Shown here: piece after piece, positions 61,259-64,000 of the stretch
Numbering within the stretch: the first letter of the stretch is position 1
Layout of the letters: every line of letters starts with the position of its first letter
Origin: an uncultured Pseudohongiella sp.
GTDB taxonomy: Bacteria; Pseudomonadota; Gammaproteobacteria; Pseudomonadales; Pseudohongiellaceae
Length of the DNA: 64,000 nt
NCBI GenBank assembly: GCA_965216715.1
Contig: OZ244193.1
Location: forward strand, 1,119,977-1,183,976
Reading direction: 5' to 3'
The notes under the pieces: generated by a model
What the model saw: the letters and a program-made list of their open reading frames with translations, nothing else
Database searches by the model: none
Told to the model about the DNA's origin: nothing
Translations under genes and position numbers: made by a program

Positions 61259-61756
61259 TCAATCGCCGCTGTGGCTGGCCTGCCAGCGGGCAATGGCTTC
61301 GGCATCGGATTCCCGCGCCTGAACCCAGTGACTGTCCACCGGGGTTTCCTGCTTCTTCCAGAACGGCGCCGTGCTTTTCAGATAATCCATCAGATAGCTG
61401 GCGGCCTCGAAGGCATGCTGGCGGTGACTGCTGGCGGCCCCCACAAATACGATCTGCTCATGGGGCTGCAATTTGCCCACCCGGTGAATAATGCGACAGG
61501 CCAACAGGTCCCAACGCTGGCGGGCATTATCCAGAATCTGTTGCAGACTCTTTTCCGTCATGCCGGGATAGTGTTCCAGGGTCAGGGACAGAATCCTGTT
61601 CTCCGGGCCCGGCTCGGCATTGGCATCATAGATCTCCCGCACCAGGCCGGTGAAGGTCACAATGGCCCCGGGGTCCCCGGCGTCCTGGCGCAGCCCCTCA
61701 TACTCACGGGCCAGGTCAAAGTCTTCGGCCTGAATCGAGATACTCACCCTAACCAC
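61259..61756 (-). CDS. moaE: Molybdopterin synthase catalytic subunit
   Basis: 165 aa. The TFTGLVRE, LEHYPGMTEK and PFWKKQ pattern is present. Confidence 0.9.
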   Translation of the reverse strand: MVRVSISIQAEDFDLAREYEGLRQDAGDPGAIVTFTGLVREIYDANAEPGPENRILSLTLEHYPGMTEKSLQQILDNARQRWDLLACRIIHRVGKLQPHEQIVFVGAASSHRQHAFEAASYLMDYLKSTAPFWKKQETPVDSHWVQARESDAEAIARWQASHSGD

Positions 61757-62003
61757 CTGTCATAGGTGGGAAAAAAGCCACTTCATCACCGTCCTGCACC
61801 GCCGCGGAGGCATCCACTACCGTTTGATTCACCGCCACCAGCAGGGGATTGGCACCCTGCTCCAGGCTGGCAAAGTCCGCATCCTGTCCGGCCAGAAATT
61901 GCATCAATTCCGCCACGGTGCTCACTCCGGCCGGCAGTTCCAGTTGTTCGCCTTCCCGGCCCATGGCCTCGCGCACACTGGCGAAGTATTGCACTGCCAC
62001 CAT
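61749..62003 (-). CDS. moaD: Molybdopterin synthase sulfur carrier subunit
   Basis: ORF 61749..62102, trimmed to the ATG at 62003. The 84-aa product ends in the ubiquitin-like PPMTGG. It overlaps the moaC stop by 1 nt and moaE by 8 nt. Confidence 0.85.
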   Translation of the reverse strand: MVAVQYFASVREAMGREGEQLELPAGVSTVAELMQFLAGQDADFASLEQGANPLLVAVNQTVVDASAAVQDGDEVAFFPPMTGG

Positions 62004-62488
62004 CAGCCTTCTGCTCCCCTTTGGTAATGACCGCTGCGACCGCCCTGCTTCTCCTGCAGGCAGATATCGCCGATCACCATCTCCTTGTCCACGGCCTTGC
62101 ACATGTCATAAATGGTCAAGGCAGCCACTGACACCGCCGTCAGGGCCTCCATTTCAACCCCGGTCTGACCGTTCAGTTTGCAGGTAGCACTGATATCTAC
62201 CCGCTGTTGTTCATGATTCACTTCAACTTGTACTTCCACCTTGCTGAGCATCAGCGGATGGCACAGGGGAATCAGACTGGAGCATTGTTTGGCCGCCTGG
62301 ATGCCGGCGATCCGCGCGACCGTCAGCACATCGCCTTTCTTGTGACCACCGGAGTCAATCAACTCCAGGGTCTCCCGGCTCATGGCCACATGGCCGCTGG
62401 CCTTGGCCTGGCGCTGGCTCATGGCCTTGTCACCCACATCCACCATATTGGCATGACCGCGGGAATCTATATGGGTTAGCTTTGTCAT
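62003..62488 (-). CDS. moaC: Cyclic pyranopterin monophosphate synthase
   Basis: 161 aa. [15 protein letters not shown] and [10 protein letters not shown] are present. Confidence 0.95.
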   Translation of the reverse strand: MTKLTHIDSRGHANMVDVGDKAMSQRQAKASGHVAMSRETLELIDSGGHKKGDVLTVARIAGIQAAKQCSSLIPLCHPLMLSKVEVQVEVNHEQQRVDISATCKLNGQTGVEMEALTAVSVAALTIYDMCKAVDKEMVIGDICLQEKQGGRSGHYQRGAEG

Positions 62489-62664
62489 CTTGATTGGGGC
62501 CTGTTACTGCTTGCTTGGGACAATAATGCTTACTGCACGAGGGCTCCATTATCGCCTATTTGCACCGCCTAGCAGAAGCGGCAATCGGACAATTCGCAGC
62601 TTGTTACATTGATTCAGCAGGGAAATAAGCGCTAGCATTGCCGCTTTTTTCGACACCACCGAGC

Positions 62665-63108
62665 ATGTCCGAATTACCCCATATTACTGTAGCCACCGTG
62701 GTGGAGCGGCAGGGCCGCTTCCTGATGGTCAAGGAGCGCTCCGCCGGCAACATCGTCTACAACCAGCCGGCGGGACATCTGGAAAACGGTGAAAGCCTGA
62801 TCGCGGCCGCCTGCCGCGAAACCCTGGAAGAGACCCGCTGGCAAATCGAGGTCACTGCCCTGCTTGGCATCTACCACTATCGCTCCAGTGCCAACAACGT
62901 CACCTATATCCGTCACTGTTTTATTGCCCGCGCCCTGGAGGAAGTCCCCCAGGCCAGCCTGGACCCGGATATAATAGAGGCTGTCTGGCTGAGTCGTGAT
63001 GAAATCGCTGACTTGCAGTCCCAACACCGCAGCCCCATTGTCATGGCTGCGATCGACGACTTTAACCAGGGAATCAGCTTCCCACTGACCCTGATCCACG
63101 GTTCCTGA
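62665..63108 (+). CDS. nudJ: NUDIX hydrolase, NudJ-like
   Basis: ORF 62638..63108, with the ATG at 62665. [10 protein letters not shown]...[25 protein letters not shown] is the Nudix box. It sits directly upstream of mnmA, as in E. coli. Confidence 0.75.
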   Translation: MSELPHITVATVVERQGRFLMVKERSAGNIVYNQPAGHLENGESLIAAACRETLEETRWQIEVTALLGIYHYRSSANNVTYIRHCFIARALEEVPQASLDPDIIEAVWLSRDEIADLQSQHRSPIVMAAIDDFNQGISFPLTLIHGS

Positions 63109-63112
63109 GCCC

Positions 63113-64000
63113 ATGAATGCAGCAACAACAGATCCTGCCAACACCCGGGTCATCGTCGGCATGTCCGGCGGGGTGGACTCTTCCGTGGCCGCCTATTTGC
63201 TAAAAAAGCAGGGATATCAGGTATCTGGCCTGTTTATGAAGAATTGGGAAGAGGATGACGGCAGCGAATACTGCACCGCGAAGGAAGATCTGGCTGATGC
63301 CCAGTCTGTCTGTGACGATCTGGGTATCGAATTGCACGCTGCCAATTTTGCCGCCGAGTACTGGGACAATGTGTTCGAACATTTCCTGGCGGAATACAAG
63401 GCTGGCCGCACCCCCAATCCCGATGTGCTCTGCAATCGCGAGATCAAGTTCAAGGCCTTTCTCGAATATGCGCAGATGCTGGGGGCCGATCTGATCGCCA
63501 CCGGCCACTATGCCCGGCGTCAGGATCAGGATGCTCACTGCAATCTGCTCAAGGGCGTGGATGGCAACAAGGACCAGAGCTACTTCCTTTGCGAAGTCAC
63601 TGAAGATTGTCTGGCCAGGTCTCTGTTTCCAGTAGGAGAATTACCAAAGAGTGAAGTCCGGAAAATCGCTGCAGACCTGGGTCTTCGCACCCATGACAAG
63701 AAGGACAGCACCGGAATCTGCTTTATCGGCGAGCGCAAATTCAGCGATTTCCTGTCCCGCTACCTGCCGGCCCAGCCGGGTGAGATCCGGACCCGTGAAG
63801 GTGAAACCCTGGGACAGCATGCCGGTCTGATGTATTACACCCTGGGCCAGCGTCAGGGCCTGGGCATCGGTGGCCGTGCCAATCACTCCGAAGCGCCCTG
63901 GTATGTGGTGGACAAAAACCTGGATGACAATGTGCTGGTGGTGGCCCAGGGCAATGAGAACGAGGATCTGTTCTCTTCCGTTCTCTATACCCAGGCACCC
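63113..64000 (+). CDS. mnmA: tRNA 2-thiouridine(34) synthase MnmA (3' end lies outside the window)
   Basis: Absent from the ORF track because there is no stop within the window. I read it directly: [37 protein letters not shown]... It has the PP-loop SGGVDS, the catalytic Cys context NPDVLCN, and GNKDQSYFL. Confidence 0.93.
   Translation, partial: MNAATTDPANTRVIVGMSGGVDSSVAAYLLKKQGYQVSGLFMKNWEEDDGSEYCTAKEDLADAQSVCDDLGIELHAANFAAEYWDNVFEHFLAEYKAGRTPNPDVLCNREIKFKAFLEYAQMLGADLIATGHYARRQDQDAHCNLLKGVDGNKDQSYFLCEVTEDCLARSLFPVGELPKSEVRKIAADLGLRTHDKKDSTGICFIGERKFSDFLSRYLPAQPGEIRTREGETLGQHAGLMYYTLGQRQGLGIGGRANHSEAPWYVVDKNLDDNVLVVAQGNENEDLFSSVLYTQAP

Noticed and set aside
62489-62637. Moco riboswitch upstream of moaC-moaD-moaE
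   Set aside because: The 149-nt minus-strand leader lacks the conserved Moco-motif elements I remember. That motif also normally precedes moaA, which is not in this window.

Overview
This window is a chromosomal, mostly housekeeping segment of a moderately GC-rich gammaproteobacterium. As far as I recall, the gene order resembles Pseudomonas and Oceanospirillales-type genomes. All protein identifications rest on motif and family recognition from the supplied translations; no searches were run. Reading left to right: mlaA (partial), a TerB-like gene, dusA, gltX, tRNA-Ala(GGC), gltA, and the full sdhCDAB-sucAB-lpdA-sucCD TCA block. Next comes a six-gene TonB2-type energizer cluster (DUF3450, TtpC-like, exbB, exbD, tonB, TPR protein). 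Then htpG, argS, rluC, and the yceD-rpmF-plsX-fabD-fabG-acpP-fabF lipid cluster, which includes an rpmF too short for the ORF track. Then mltG-tmk-holB-pilZ, an alkB-like dioxygenase paired with an L-2-hydroxyglutarate-oxidase-like flavoenzyme, and gor. After gor lies a 1-kb ORF-free spacer plus an intact orphan tyrosine recombinase, then prc and a hairpin-rich tandem repeat region abutting tRNA-Ser(UGA). The rest is yccA, tusDCB-tusE, cysG, serS, crcB, lolA, ftsK, trxB, the N-degron set aat-bpt-infA/clpA-clpS, cspD, rluE, moaEDC, nudJ and mnmA (partial). No CRISPR array, IS element or prophage body was seen. Two loci deserve a second look. One is the roughly 750-nt serT trailer, made of repeat modules that carry tRNA-Ser 3'-end fragments and keep their hairpins through compensatory changes. 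The other is the recombinase with its upstream spacer, which is punctuated by CCGGTAA-type palindromes. Most other long ORFs in the track are antisense shadows of recognisable genes.
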